Source of the DNA: Candidatus Sysuiplasma jiujiangense
GTDB lineage: Archaea; Thermoplasmatota; Thermoplasmata; Sysuiplasmatales; Sysuiplasmataceae
NCBI GenBank assembly: GCA_019721075.1
Contig: JAHEAD010000013.1
Coordinates: forward strand, 1 to 64,000
DNA: 64,000 bases
Direction of reading: 5' to 3'
The notes below the pieces were generated by a model, which ran no database searches, was not told where the DNA came from, and saw only the letters and a program-made list of their open reading frames with translations. Each line of letters begins with the position of its first letter. The first letter of the stretch is position 1. This document shows, piece after piece, positions 52,301-61,104 of the stretch. Position numbers and translations under genes: made by a program.

Positions 52301-52453
52301 TCCTCGACTCAGGCGGCAAAGAGCAACAACCAGGGCAGCACTGCAAGCCTGCTTACAGCGGCTGCAGGCGGGGTTGCGGCTGGCATCGTGGTCGGAGCTG
52401 TCGTGATTGCTGCTGTAATGAGGCGCAGGAAGAGCCCTCCGGGCAGCGGATGA
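49358..52453 (+). CDS. Surface protein: YVTN-like beta-propeller + Ig-like domain + five PKD domains + C-terminal TM
   Basis: Signal peptide; repeated blades AYDPYDG, AWDTGTG, LYDTING, AYDPADG, TYDPNNK; GLPAG..TISGTPT; five W-x-(F/L)-G-(D/N)-G PKD motifs; TM plus RRRK. The ORF track starts at 49304. Confidence 0.9.
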   Translation: MKNAGICRSGQSAVLLAMFVVLIVAIGPAAGALTHSNYSGTRLLTVSQAHRKVRTSVAISGSATSGVSLTPGAGTSSASQPSSYPGRIIKTLSFGATDSSAPFPVPGAYDPYDGLIYSGAIQGSVNPSGFFNGMLEANATSAYLLSGDIPTLHQVTSAAWDTGTGNIILGENNGTNAFIQVYNTYANKTIATMSLPYPRYVANTLYDTINGQAYILQVLTTTTPVSSVLTIYNVAQNLTNANPPSLSSIYAESMTFNSNFSTLFVLGLNSSSGNIEVMAINMNNYSEHLISMPSLGSFSTSNVALGGIAYDPADGSVYFSYSYINSSTPSTGPYPEGIGIINAYTQSYVLNFSMPDVHLSRFTFSNDLPAGSPFGPNVAGMLTYDPNNKDLYLTQNGLPWQLIDTSGIYQGQDMYNRTIAVINGTSPTSANPVALLASSSFPLGGLFIPSQPSSEGGSLWFPSIGLISSGIMVGNYTVAGIPPVINSFSLSKSTIDEGSSVSASSSVTFGVGSITYSYSGLPAGMVSQNSSTISGTPTESGTFTITLTVSDAAGETTDASVKLTVSPPLSASIAASSTTPDAGQVVQFSASIAGGTSPYSVQWSFGDGTGANGNPVSHVFSASGNYTVSATVTDSLGTVTRASITEIVSLPPENLTISASSNLTDAGIPVLFSAEFQHGSTPITYKWSLGDGSTSSSPTVTHAYSSSGNYTVSVTVMDSAGESSTASYLIVVMPDPQVSIFVSPSAVAAGGNVTLSASVTGGLSPYIYQWNLGDGNQSTQRSLGHTYIKAGNYNVSLKVIDAAGYTATNQTEVTVASGTLSIIASSNVTDASLPITFSARTEYGSTALTYAWSLGNGNTSSSAVVTQAYGSPGYYKVTLVVSNSSTQLASAAYLVLVLPDPQISINSASTVRAGNTVNFTVAVTGGESPYSYAWNLGDGNTSTQQSPQQSYSRPGNYTVTVSVTDAAGKTVTKSVNIKVTSSSTQAAKSNNQGSTASLLTAAAGGVAAGIVVGAVVIAAVMRRRKSPPGSG

Positions 52454-52596
52454 GTCACTCTGGCGGAAACGCTCATCGCCCTCTCACAGTGCTTCAGTGA
52501 GTCCATTGGGAAAGGAGGGCGTCATCGCCAATCGAAAGGAGGGCTCCTTCAACAGCGGAGTGATTACCTGCAGCTCCGGAACTGTTGCTGCATTCA

Positions 52597-52829
52597 TACT
52601 GCAAAGGCAAACGCCTGTCGATCCAGAGAATCCTCAGTCACAGCTGATGCTGAATTACACATCCAGGCATATTGTATGCCGCAGAGCAGGCAATCTTTCA
52701 GCAGAAGTGGAGCAGATCAAAAGTGACAGGAGCAGCTGCCTGCGATAATGGCGGGAAAACAGCTGCCGCCGTGCAGCCGATGGATAAGCAGACACTGTCT
52801 CATAATAAGGGGTCAGACCATGCAAAGCA
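52597..52829 (+). repeat. 233-bp direct repeat, copy 2
   Basis: See copy 1 at 41631..41863. Confidence 0.95.
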
Positions 52830-53667
52830 ATCATTGAAGTTTGTACCTGGAACGCGGAATTGTCCTTATGTCAACAACGAGTGAGATGGAGTGGGATTTC
52901 AATATCAGAATGAATTTTTCCACAGCCATAGTGGAATGGCCGGAAGCACATATCATGGGCCGCTTCTCCGTTGACTACCACCTATTCGTTTGTGTTCTCC
53001 ATCTTTTCCAGCATTTATGAAACGTCTGTTCCCGGATATCCATTTTTCACAGATTCCGGACCTGAGTAATACACCTCTGCCATTGACTTCACTCTTTTCT
53101 GAGCTGCGTGTGAAGATAAATCACTTTTTAACTGCACAGCACTGGTTCCTTCAGGCATTTATTTTCAAAAGCAGTCACGTGTGTTTCAATTGGACATGCC
53201 CAGCAGATTACAGGTCCATAGAAATCAGAATCTTCCTGGGCTTATTCGCCTCCTTTTTCCTGAACCGCGCGCAGGCCGCCGCCTTTAAATGGCCAATAAG
53301 GATGGAGATGTCTTCCCGACCTGACCTGAGATGCTATGTAAAGATTGAAACCGAACTCGTTCCCACCGTCTGCCTGCCAGGATGACCGTATCATGCCGGT
53401 GACCTTGTGTGACCTTCTCTTTCCTGTGTCCGGACTGCCAGGGAAGCCTGACCTGCTCATTGTATTTCAATTCAGGGAAAGGACACTTATTCGACTTTGT
53501 CCGCAAGTGTTACAGGTCATGTTCCAGATGACGCCGGCTGTGCTGTCCGCCATCTCTCTGCGGTGCATTTCATCTCCGCAAGTCCTGAGATCGTGGGGAT
53601 CTCCATTCAGTCAGGATTCGCGCGACGGCATGCCGCAATCAGCGCTGCTATTCTGCCATCTTCCGGT

Positions 53668-54840
53668 TCAGTCCTCCTCCGGTCTCATGTTCATGAATCT
53701 GGGTAAAACAATGTATGACAGACCGGTCAGCGGGAAGAGCAGTATGCCGACGTACAGCAGCACTTCACTGACAGGGAAATATATCGCGATAAATGAAAAG
53801 AGAGCGGCCATTGCAGGAGTGGAGCCGCCCACAAAGATCCGCAGGAAGGCCATGATCTTGCCATATGTCCTTGAGGGTACGATTTTCATCAGTTTAACGT
53901 TCAGCGGCAGGTTGATCACGGGCAACAGGAGGCCCAGCAGCAGCGCATCGATTACGTCCGCAACAGCATTCCTGCTAATGCCGAGGACAAGAAACATAGG
54001 AGCGAATAGGAGGACCAGAGAGGCGACTGTGAATGGTCTCTGAATACTGTTTTTAAAGAAATTGGCCAGGAATGATCCAAATATTCCGCCGACCGGGATG
54101 GACATCACAAACAGGGTGTAGAAGATTGCGTTGGAATGGAGTATGATGTGGAACAGACCTGAGGAGTAGACATCGAGAGCCATGAAAAGGCCGTTCAGAA
54201 CAAAGGCTATGACGAGAAACCCGACTATCTTCCGGAAGAAAGCAAGCGATGATGCCAGTTCCCCGACAACTCTTGAGTGCCCGCGCCTTGGCATCTCCTC
54301 GCTGACCGGCATCGACAGGAGAAGGGAGGCGAGTGCAGTCACAAGAAGCAGGTAGGGAAAAAGACGCGCAAAGTACAGGATCGCCGCTCCACCGAGAGCT
54401 GTTCCTGTCAGTGATGCAGCGTATGTTGCTGCAAGGTTAAAGGAATTTGATGCCATGAACTGATCCTCGCTCAGATGCTTCTTGATCGTTGCAGAAAAAC
54501 TGTCCCCTTTCATTGTCCACCCAACCGTGATTAACACAGTTGAGGAGTACACAACCTGAAGCGTGTAGCCTGTTGTCAGCAAGAGGGGACTCAGCAGGAC
54601 TATCACTGAGCCGATCATGCCGATGACAGTGCTGTTCATCCTGTCTATCATGTGTCCTACAGGAACGGATACAAGCATTTGGACGACAAGGTATATGGTA
54701 GCAACCAGCCCCGCAAGGAATACGGAATGGTATGTCTCAACTATTTCCCACAGGAAGAATACGGTGAAAGCACTGAAGAGGATGCTTACAAGCATCTTGG
54801 ATACTAGAAACCGAAAGAAGAGGAAGGGTATCTTCGGCAT
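53668..54840 (-). CDS. MFS transporter
   Basis: About 12 TM helices, GHMIDRMN motif A and KIVPSRTYGKI. TATA-like CTTATAAG at 54867-54874. Confidence 0.9.
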   Translation of the reverse strand: MPKIPFLFFRFLVSKMLVSILFSAFTVFFLWEIVETYHSVFLAGLVATIYLVVQMLVSVPVGHMIDRMNSTVIGMIGSVIVLLSPLLLTTGYTLQVVYSSTVLITVGWTMKGDSFSATIKKHLSEDQFMASNSFNLAATYAASLTGTALGGAAILYFARLFPYLLLVTALASLLLSMPVSEEMPRRGHSRVVGELASSLAFFRKIVGFLVIAFVLNGLFMALDVYSSGLFHIILHSNAIFYTLFVMSIPVGGIFGSFLANFFKNSIQRPFTVASLVLLFAPMFLVLGISRNAVADVIDALLLGLLLPVINLPLNVKLMKIVPSRTYGKIMAFLRIFVGGSTPAMAALFSFIAIYFPVSEVLLYVGILLFPLTGLSYIVLPRFMNMRPEED

Positions 54841-55056
54841 TCAGGCGTCGCATGAAAGCTGCTCCACTTATAAGTATCCGAGAAACCGGAAGTGATGGAT
54901 TGCCGATTGTACGGATGTCAGGTCTCGGGAAAGGGAGCCGCGATAATTTGTTATTTAACCTGACCTCTCTCTTCGTCCTGTTCAGAATCATGTCCGGGTA
55001 TAGAAACGGATGGCATGTGTTTTGCCAACTGTTCGCATTGTATGCCAGTTATTCGC

Positions 55057-56793
55057 CTATCCGGTCTGGATAACCGAGATGACAGTATCATTCAATAACG
55101 CGGCCGGCGGAAGCCGTACTGTAACATAGGAATAGGCAGAACTGCAATAGATGCTTACTGAAGCATATGCAGATCCATTGCTGTCTGATATTTTCCAATG
55201 CGGATGTGGCAGAATTGTTCCGTCCGTCAGAAGTGCCGGATCTGTAAAACTGCCTCCCGACACCCTCAGCGTATAACTTCCTTCGGCAAGCAGCATCGTG
55301 ATATTCCTGCCCGTCACGTTTGTGAATAACGGATGAGCGCCGGCCATATCCGGTAGTTGCAGGATGTACGGCGCAAAATATCTTACAGGACCTCCATACC
55401 CTCTTTCAAGTATCAGATCGTTGCTGATTTCGGCATAAATGCCGTACCTGCCCGAAGCAAGAAAACTGTCGGCCCAGTAGAGCATATTCCCGCTGTAGTT
55501 TCCGAACAGATTCAGTGTCAGAAACCTCGACTGTGCATCCGTAACAACGAACTGGGGCAGGTATGAACCCGAATAAAGGCCGGGCATCGAAAAATTCATA
55601 CGCTGAGCAAGCTGCGGCATGTTGTTCTGTATCAGAACGGATGCGTTCGGCGGTATTGTTGAAAATACTGCTAGCAACTCCTGCTCCGTCCGCGTAACTG
55701 TCGTCTGTGTTCTGAAAGAGTAATTCCCGCTGATGAAAGGCATTGCAGTCCTGCCGTTCAGCGGGGAATAGGGCAGAAACATCGTGCCCGTCACTGATAT
55801 GGCAATTAGAGATGCTGCTGTCAGTTTGCGCAATGTGCTGCGTGAAATCCTCCTGCCGGACATCAGTTTCCTGAGTCCGAAGACAGCCGCAAGCAGGAGA
55901 CCGGGAACATAAAGCGAAGGGTACTGGAAATAGAAAGGGATGAAATACGGCGCATAGGTTCCGGCAAGCTCCAGCAGGAAGAACGGGAGCGAGAGCAGAA
56001 GCCAGAGCGGAGCCCTCCAGGCAAGGAGTATAAACGGCAGCAGCGAGAGAAACACAAACAGCAGTTTGAACAGTAGTTCGTAGCCGATATAACTGCCCAG
56101 TGAGGTTATTTCGAAATGGGCTGGCAGATACTGCAGGACTGTTTCCGTCCCGAATATACCGACTGTCGCCAGAAAAAACAACAGTGGCGCGAGAAAAATG
56201 CAGGAATCCAGCCTCCTGTGATCCACTGCCGCTTCGGCATCAGATGCAAACAAACTGTGATTTCGGGACAGCCTGTAATCAAGCAGCAGGACAAGACCGG
56301 TGATGGACACTATCAGAGGCGCCATCAGGTCTGTTATCGAGGCCAGACCAAAAAACACCGATGAGAGCGCAAGGTGTCCGCTAAGCCTGAAATAAAGTGC
56401 AAAAAAGAGGAATGTCGGCAGCAGCGCCATGAAGTGAAAGTCAAACCAGTTGACTCCGGCCATCGGAAAATAAAGGAGATAGGCCGCCGGCACAATTACC
56501 GAGTAGCTTCCGGTTCCCAGTCTTTTTGACAGGTAAAACAGGGGTATTGAACCCAGCCCTATCCATGTGCTCTGGAAGACGAGCAGGGCCGGCTGATAGG
56601 GGAAGAGGGCATAGAAAGGGGAAATAAAAAGATATATCAGCTTTTCAGGGACAAACAGAAATTTGCCCCTGAAAACGGACCAGACAAGCTGCGATGAAAC
56701 GCCAAGGTCAAGTACGTATGTATGCAGGGAGTAATATTTCGAAAGTGTTATCCATGACCATCCGGCCGAATAAGCCAGGAAAAGTCCGATCAT
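55057..56793 (-). CDS. DUF2079-like membrane protein (putative GT-C fold)
   Basis: YVLDLGV, LLVFQS, YLLYFPMAGVNWFDFH, FQYP and IPPNASVLIQNN..QLAQR motifs. The frame stays open 42 codons upstream with no start codon, so the start is uncertain. Confidence 0.8.
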   Translation of the reverse strand: MIGLFLAYSAGWSWITLSKYYSLHTYVLDLGVSSQLVWSVFRGKFLFVPEKLIYLFISPFYALFPYQPALLVFQSTWIGLGSIPLFYLSKRLGTGSYSVIVPAAYLLYFPMAGVNWFDFHFMALLPTFLFFALYFRLSGHLALSSVFFGLASITDLMAPLIVSITGLVLLLDYRLSRNHSLFASDAEAAVDHRRLDSCIFLAPLLFFLATVGIFGTETVLQYLPAHFEITSLGSYIGYELLFKLLFVFLSLLPFILLAWRAPLWLLLSLPFFLLELAGTYAPYFIPFYFQYPSLYVPGLLLAAVFGLRKLMSGRRISRSTLRKLTAASLIAISVTGTMFLPYSPLNGRTAMPFISGNYSFRTQTTVTRTEQELLAVFSTIPPNASVLIQNNMPQLAQRMNFSMPGLYSGSYLPQFVVTDAQSRFLTLNLFGNYSGNMLYWADSFLASGRYGIYAEISNDLILERGYGGPVRYFAPYILQLPDMAGAHPLFTNVTGRNITMLLAEGSYTLRVSGGSFTDPALLTDGTILPHPHWKISDSNGSAYASVSIYCSSAYSYVTVRLPPAALLNDTVISVIQTG

Positions 56794-57471
56794 TGCAGTG
56801 TCCTGTTTCTTCAGTCTGAGAAACAGATTTGCCTGTTTCCATTTTTCCTTAAGGTTAGAGGCATGAACGTGTGCAGAGATGTGGGGTCCTGCAGAAAACG
56901 CCCGTTCTTTCCCCGTGTATCACACTCCCCTCAGAGAGCCTGCCCACCATAAACTTCTTCATGTCTATATAATGGGTAACACCTGCTGGCATTTGACGGC
57001 GGCTCTCCAGCTCATAGATTTACACTTCCGGTTGGCAGTAACGGCTTGCAACAATCCGGATAAACCGTATCATAAGTGCACCGGGCATACGCCTGCACAC
57101 GCTTTTGAAAACAGGAAGCATGGATGGAACCGGATTTTCCCCCCACCCTGTCATGCAGACCGTTTGCATCCGTGCGCCGCTATTGCCGCGTTGTGCTGAA
57201 AATGTTTATGGGAGCAGTTGCGCGACACTGCGCACCTACGATCGGACGGCTATTCTGTTGCAGCGCGAAGGTTTTGATCCGCCCTCGATTCTTTCTCTCT
57301 TAGCTCTCTTCTGTTGATTGAATTCATTCCCTCTCGGCACAACCGGTACTGCCGGCATCACCAGTCGGCATGCGTGTGTCATGGTGTTCCCTGCTCTTAT
57401 GCGCATTTTCCCGCGTAGTGACAGTTGTTCTTCGGTAAAAGTATTAAAAAACATTTTTCCATGTCGGTCAG

Positions 57472-58209
57472 ATGACGAAAAAATTTGTTCTTGTGACGGG
57501 CTCATCCGGCGGACTGGGAAGCGCAATAGCGGTAGAACTTGCAAAAAATGGATGGAACGTAGCCCTGCACTACAACCGCAGCAGGGATGGCGCCGAAAGA
57601 ACAGCAAAGGAATGCATGGAGGCCGGTGCGGATGTCCGTACTTACCAGGCTGACCTGTCAAAGAGCATCGGACTCGACAGTATTTCGGGCAGAATCAGGG
57701 AGGACGGTCTGGAACTTGGCGGCATAGTCAATAATTCAGGAACCGGAAGACCGGGGTCGGCGCTTGATATTGCGGACGAAGCATGGGATGAGGTGCAGAG
57801 CGTAAATATCCGCGCGCCGGTCCTTCTCACCAGGAGGTTGGTACCTCTTATCAGGGGAGAAGGTGCCGTCGTGAACATAAGCTCTGCAGCCGGCATTCGT
57901 GCAGGTCTTTCGGCCGTTGCATATGAGGCAGGGAAGGCGGCGCTCATACACGCAACAAGGTCGATGGCTGTTTCATTTGCTCCAAGGATAAGAGTGAACA
58001 GCGTTGCACCCGGTTACGTCAGAACAAACATTAACAGGAAAAAGCTTGATGACCCGCGCATCCTAGAAGTTATACTCAAAAGGACTCCCGCGGGACGACT
58101 CGGTCTTCCGGAGGATGTTGCAAAGGCGGTCAGATTCCTGATGTCTGACGACGCCTCATTCATAACGGGCGAAACACTCGTGGTCGACGGCGGAATAACA
58201 CTTTCCTGA
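57472..58209 (+). CDS. Classical SDR oxidoreductase (FabG-like)
   Basis: TGSSGGLG, NNSG, NISS, YEAGK, RVNSVAPG and FITGETLVVDGG motifs. Confidence 0.93.
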   Translation: MTKKFVLVTGSSGGLGSAIAVELAKNGWNVALHYNRSRDGAERTAKECMEAGADVRTYQADLSKSIGLDSISGRIREDGLELGGIVNNSGTGRPGSALDIADEAWDEVQSVNIRAPVLLTRRLVPLIRGEGAVVNISSAAGIRAGLSAVAYEAGKAALIHATRSMAVSFAPRIRVNSVAPGYVRTNINRKKLDDPRILEVILKRTPAGRLGLPEDVAKAVRFLMSDDASFITGETLVVDGGITLS

Positions 58210-58224
58210 AGCGCTGCTTTCAGC

Positions 58225-58260
58225 CTTCAGGCGCATCAATCGCCTCCCGTACGCCTGAAG
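58225..58260. terminator. Hairpin between convergent genes
   Basis: Perfect 9-bp arms CTTCAGGCG (58225-58233) and CGCCTGAAG (58252-58260) between the SDR and gpmA stops. Confidence 0.4.
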
Positions 58261-58277
58261 AGTGTTGCAGTTATCCG

Positions 58278-58889
58278 TCATTTCAATTCCGTCTTCCCTC
58301 TGACAGTGTTTTCTCCGTCCACTTCGTATACGAGCGGTACGCCTGTCTGTATCTCAATTCCGGGAATCACCTCGGCCGGTATCTTTTCCAGATACATGAC
58401 AATCGATCGCAGGCTGTTGCCGTGTGCGACAACAAGCACATTCTTTCCAGAATTGATGTCGGTCAGTATGCAGTTCCTGAAGAACGGAATCGTCCTCTTC
58501 TGCGTATCTTCGAGGCTTTCGCCGTTCATCGGTCTCACACTGTAGCTCCTCCTCCAGCGTTTCACCTGTTCATCTCCGTAAACGGCTGCAGCTCCCGCCT
58601 TGTTGAGCCCCTGGAGATCGCCGTAATTCCTTTCATTAAGATGTTCATCCCTGATCACTGGAATGTCAACGTTCATTTCGCGGAGGACTATCTCCAGCGT
58701 CCCGACGGCCCGGCTCAGGACACTTGTGTATGCAACATGATAGGCCGTGCCGCTCTCCCTCAGCTTCGAGCCCGCTGCCTTCGCCTCCTCCATTCCATGT
58801 TCCGTGAGCGGCACGTCCACCCAGCCGGTAAATCTGTTCTCCCTGTTCCAGAGCGACTCGCCGTGCCTTAAAAGGCAGAGATATGCCAT
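58278..58889 (-). CDS. gpmA: 2,3-bisphosphoglycerate-dependent phosphoglycerate mutase
   Basis: LLRHGESLWN..NRFTGWVDV, LNERNYGDLQGLNK, WRRSY and VAHGNSLRS motifs. TATA-like TTAATAAG at 58913-58920. Confidence 0.93.
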   Translation of the reverse strand: MAYLCLLRHGESLWNRENRFTGWVDVPLTEHGMEEAKAAGSKLRESGTAYHVAYTSVLSRAVGTLEIVLREMNVDIPVIRDEHLNERNYGDLQGLNKAGAAAVYGDEQVKRWRRSYSVRPMNGESLEDTQKRTIPFFRNCILTDINSGKNVLVVAHGNSLRSIVMYLEKIPAEVIPGIEIQTGVPLVYEVDGENTVRGKTELK

Positions 58890-59013
58890 GTGTAAGGCAC
58901 ACGGCAGTCCTGCTTATTAAGGAAAACCGTATTGCCGGCTTTCCTGCGACGCAAGCATCCTGCCTTGCCCGTGATGGGCAAGAGCGCATCAGGGGGCGCT
59001 TCAGTGAGCGGCG

Positions 59014-59808
59014 CTACCTTCCCCTGAGTTCGGCAAAAAGGCTGCTTTTCCTGAGCTGTTCAACGGCTCTCTTCGTGAATTCAACGCCTTCGGAAAAGCC
59101 TGTCATTATATGGCTGATGTTTCCGTTCCTGTATTCGAAGAAGACCTGCGGTATTATGTAGTCCGGGGCCCAGTCCCCGTATCTTCTCACGATGCTGTCA
59201 GCCTCATTCTCCTTCACATCGATGTCGAGCAGCGTCAGTTCGGCGTTCAGTTCCTTTGCCATTTCCGTCATGGGCTCGACTGTCGTGGGAACGCAGTGCG
59301 GGCACCAGTTTGCGTAGACCACTATCACCCTCTTCACCCCGTCGGCCGCCCTTCCCCCGCCTTTGCAGTCTTCGCATCTTGCAGGTTCCCTGCTGTATGC
59401 CTGCGTGAAGAGTTTGCCGCATGACACACACCTGTAGAGCGTAATCCTGTCAGTCTCTCCGGACATTCCACGCCTGTAATTCTGATTCCAGTATGCCTCC
59501 CTGAGAACGGTGTTCCCTGAACTTGTCCCCTCAATCCCGAGTTCCCACGGGTGTCTCGTTGCCACCCTTATGTCCTCGTCCCGGATGTCTGCAGCACCGT
59601 TGAAGAGGCCGTCGACGAAGTTTCTCAGCCCTGCGGCATCCGCCTGGCTGCCGTACATTATGATCTTTGAAACATAACCGCCGCTGCAGGCATAGCATGC
59701 CGTGTCGTCCCTGATGAAATGGTGCGTGGCCGGCGATTCGCAGTGATTGTAGCATTTCGTGTTTTCGGTGAGATGCATCTCCACAGTTTTCCTGATACTG
59801 TCGCTCAT
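59014..59808 (-). CDS. Cys-rich putative Zn-binding domain fused to a thioredoxin-fold domain
   Basis: CYNHC, CYAC, CVSC and CEDC, followed by VIVVYANWCPHC...IIPQVF. Confidence 0.8.
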   Translation of the reverse strand: MSDSIRKTVEMHLTENTKCYNHCESPATHHFIRDDTACYACSGGYVSKIIMYGSQADAAGLRNFVDGLFNGAADIRDEDIRVATRHPWELGIEGTSSGNTVLREAYWNQNYRRGMSGETDRITLYRCVSCGKLFTQAYSREPARCEDCKGGGRAADGVKRVIVVYANWCPHCVPTTVEPMTEMAKELNAELTLLDIDVKENEADSIVRRYGDWAPDYIIPQVFFEYRNGNISHIMTGFSEGVEFTKRAVEQLRKSSLFAELRGR

Positions 59809-59859
59809 GACAGCTTTCTATGTCTTCCGCCGTTATTAGAATTGCTGTTCCCCGTGCTT

Positions 59860-61056
59860 TCATCGCGCTGCGTGCAGCGCATGCTCCAGTCCGTCCATGG
59901 CCTTCTCCATCACTTCCCTTGGGGGAAGAAACACCGACCTGAAATGCATCCTCCCGTATTCGCTGTCAAATCCAGAACCGTTTACGAACAGCACATGCCC
60001 CCTGTCGAGCACATGCAGCACAAACTCCATGTCATTTTTCCAGTTCCCGCTTTCTATCTTGGGAAATATGTAAAACGCGCCCCGCGGCTTTGTCACCGAG
60101 AGGCCGTCCATTTCATTAATCCGCTTCACCGCATAATTTCTTCTTTCTGCAAGCTGCCTTACCATCTCCCTTACGTGCGTCTGCGGTCCGTTGAGCGCCG
60201 CAATCATTGCCCTCTGTGCGGGATTGCTTGCGCAGAGGCGCGCCCTGACCTGTTTCAGGAAAGCCTCCCTGAAGCCGGACAGCATTTCGCCTGCATCACG
60301 GAATATCGCGTATCCCACACGCCAGCCCGTTACCAGGTAGCTCTTGGAGAAGCCGTTGAGTATCAGCATGGGAATGTCCCTGGAAACGGAGGACGGCGAG
60401 ACATGTTTCCCCTCGTAAACAAGCATATCGTAGATCTCGTCGGAAATGACAGGCAGGCCGTGCTCCCCCGCTATGTCGCATATCTCCCTGAGATCCTTCT
60501 CGCTCCAGACGGCACCCGTCGGATTGTTGGGACTGACGATCAGTATTGCCTTTGTCCCCGCGCCTATCTTTGAACGCAGGTCTGCCGTGTCAGGCCTCCA
60601 GCCCTCCTCCTCTATTGTCCTGTAGGGTACAGCCTTTCCACCGAAATATTTTGTAACGGACGAGTACGGCGGATACGTCGGACCCGGCACGAGCAGCTCG
60701 TCTCCGCTGTCAATAAGTGCCCCGAGTGCCAGCTGAATTCCCTCAGTTATTCCGGCCGTTACCACAACGTCCTCAGGTTCCACCCTGTTGCCGTTCTTCC
60801 TCCCTTCCCTTTCGCAGATGGCCTGACGCAGCTCAGGGTCGCCTTCCGAATCGCCGTAACCGTTGTAACCGTCCAGTACCGCGTCGAACAGTGCTCTCTT
60901 GATGTGCTCCGGCGTGTCAAAATCATAGGCGTCAGGATCTCCTATGTTCATTCTGATGACTTCCGTCCCCTCCTTCTCCAGTTTCCTGGCGGGAAGGACA
61001 ATATCTCTTATTGCATACTCCATTCCGGATGCCCTTGAAGTCGCCCTGATCTTCAT
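59860..61056 (-). CDS. PLP-dependent class I aminotransferase (alanine aminotransferase-like)
   Basis: EYAIRD, NIGDP, PNNPTG, ISDEIYD and GFSKSYLVTGWRVG motifs. Confidence 0.93.
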   Translation of the reverse strand: MKIRATSRASGMEYAIRDIVLPARKLEKEGTEVIRMNIGDPDAYDFDTPEHIKRALFDAVLDGYNGYGDSEGDPELRQAICEREGRKNGNRVEPEDVVVTAGITEGIQLALGALIDSGDELLVPGPTYPPYSSVTKYFGGKAVPYRTIEEEGWRPDTADLRSKIGAGTKAILIVSPNNPTGAVWSEKDLREICDIAGEHGLPVISDEIYDMLVYEGKHVSPSSVSRDIPMLILNGFSKSYLVTGWRVGYAIFRDAGEMLSGFREAFLKQVRARLCASNPAQRAMIAALNGPQTHVREMVRQLAERRNYAVKRINEMDGLSVTKPRGAFYIFPKIESGNWKNDMEFVLHVLDRGHVLFVNGSGFDSEYGRMHFRSVFLPPREVMEKAMDGLEHALHAAR

Positions 61057-61104
61057 GGAGGACCCTTAAGGCGGGCATGATAAAATATTATCACACTGTC
61101 CGCC

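Noticed and set aside
52990..54043. ORFs 52990..53385 and 53345..54043
   Set aside because: Atypical composition and partly antisense to the MFS gene.
59719..60573. 284-aa plus-strand ORF and similar shadow ORFs throughout the window
   Set aside because: Antisense to well-supported genes; expected in GC-rich coding DNA.
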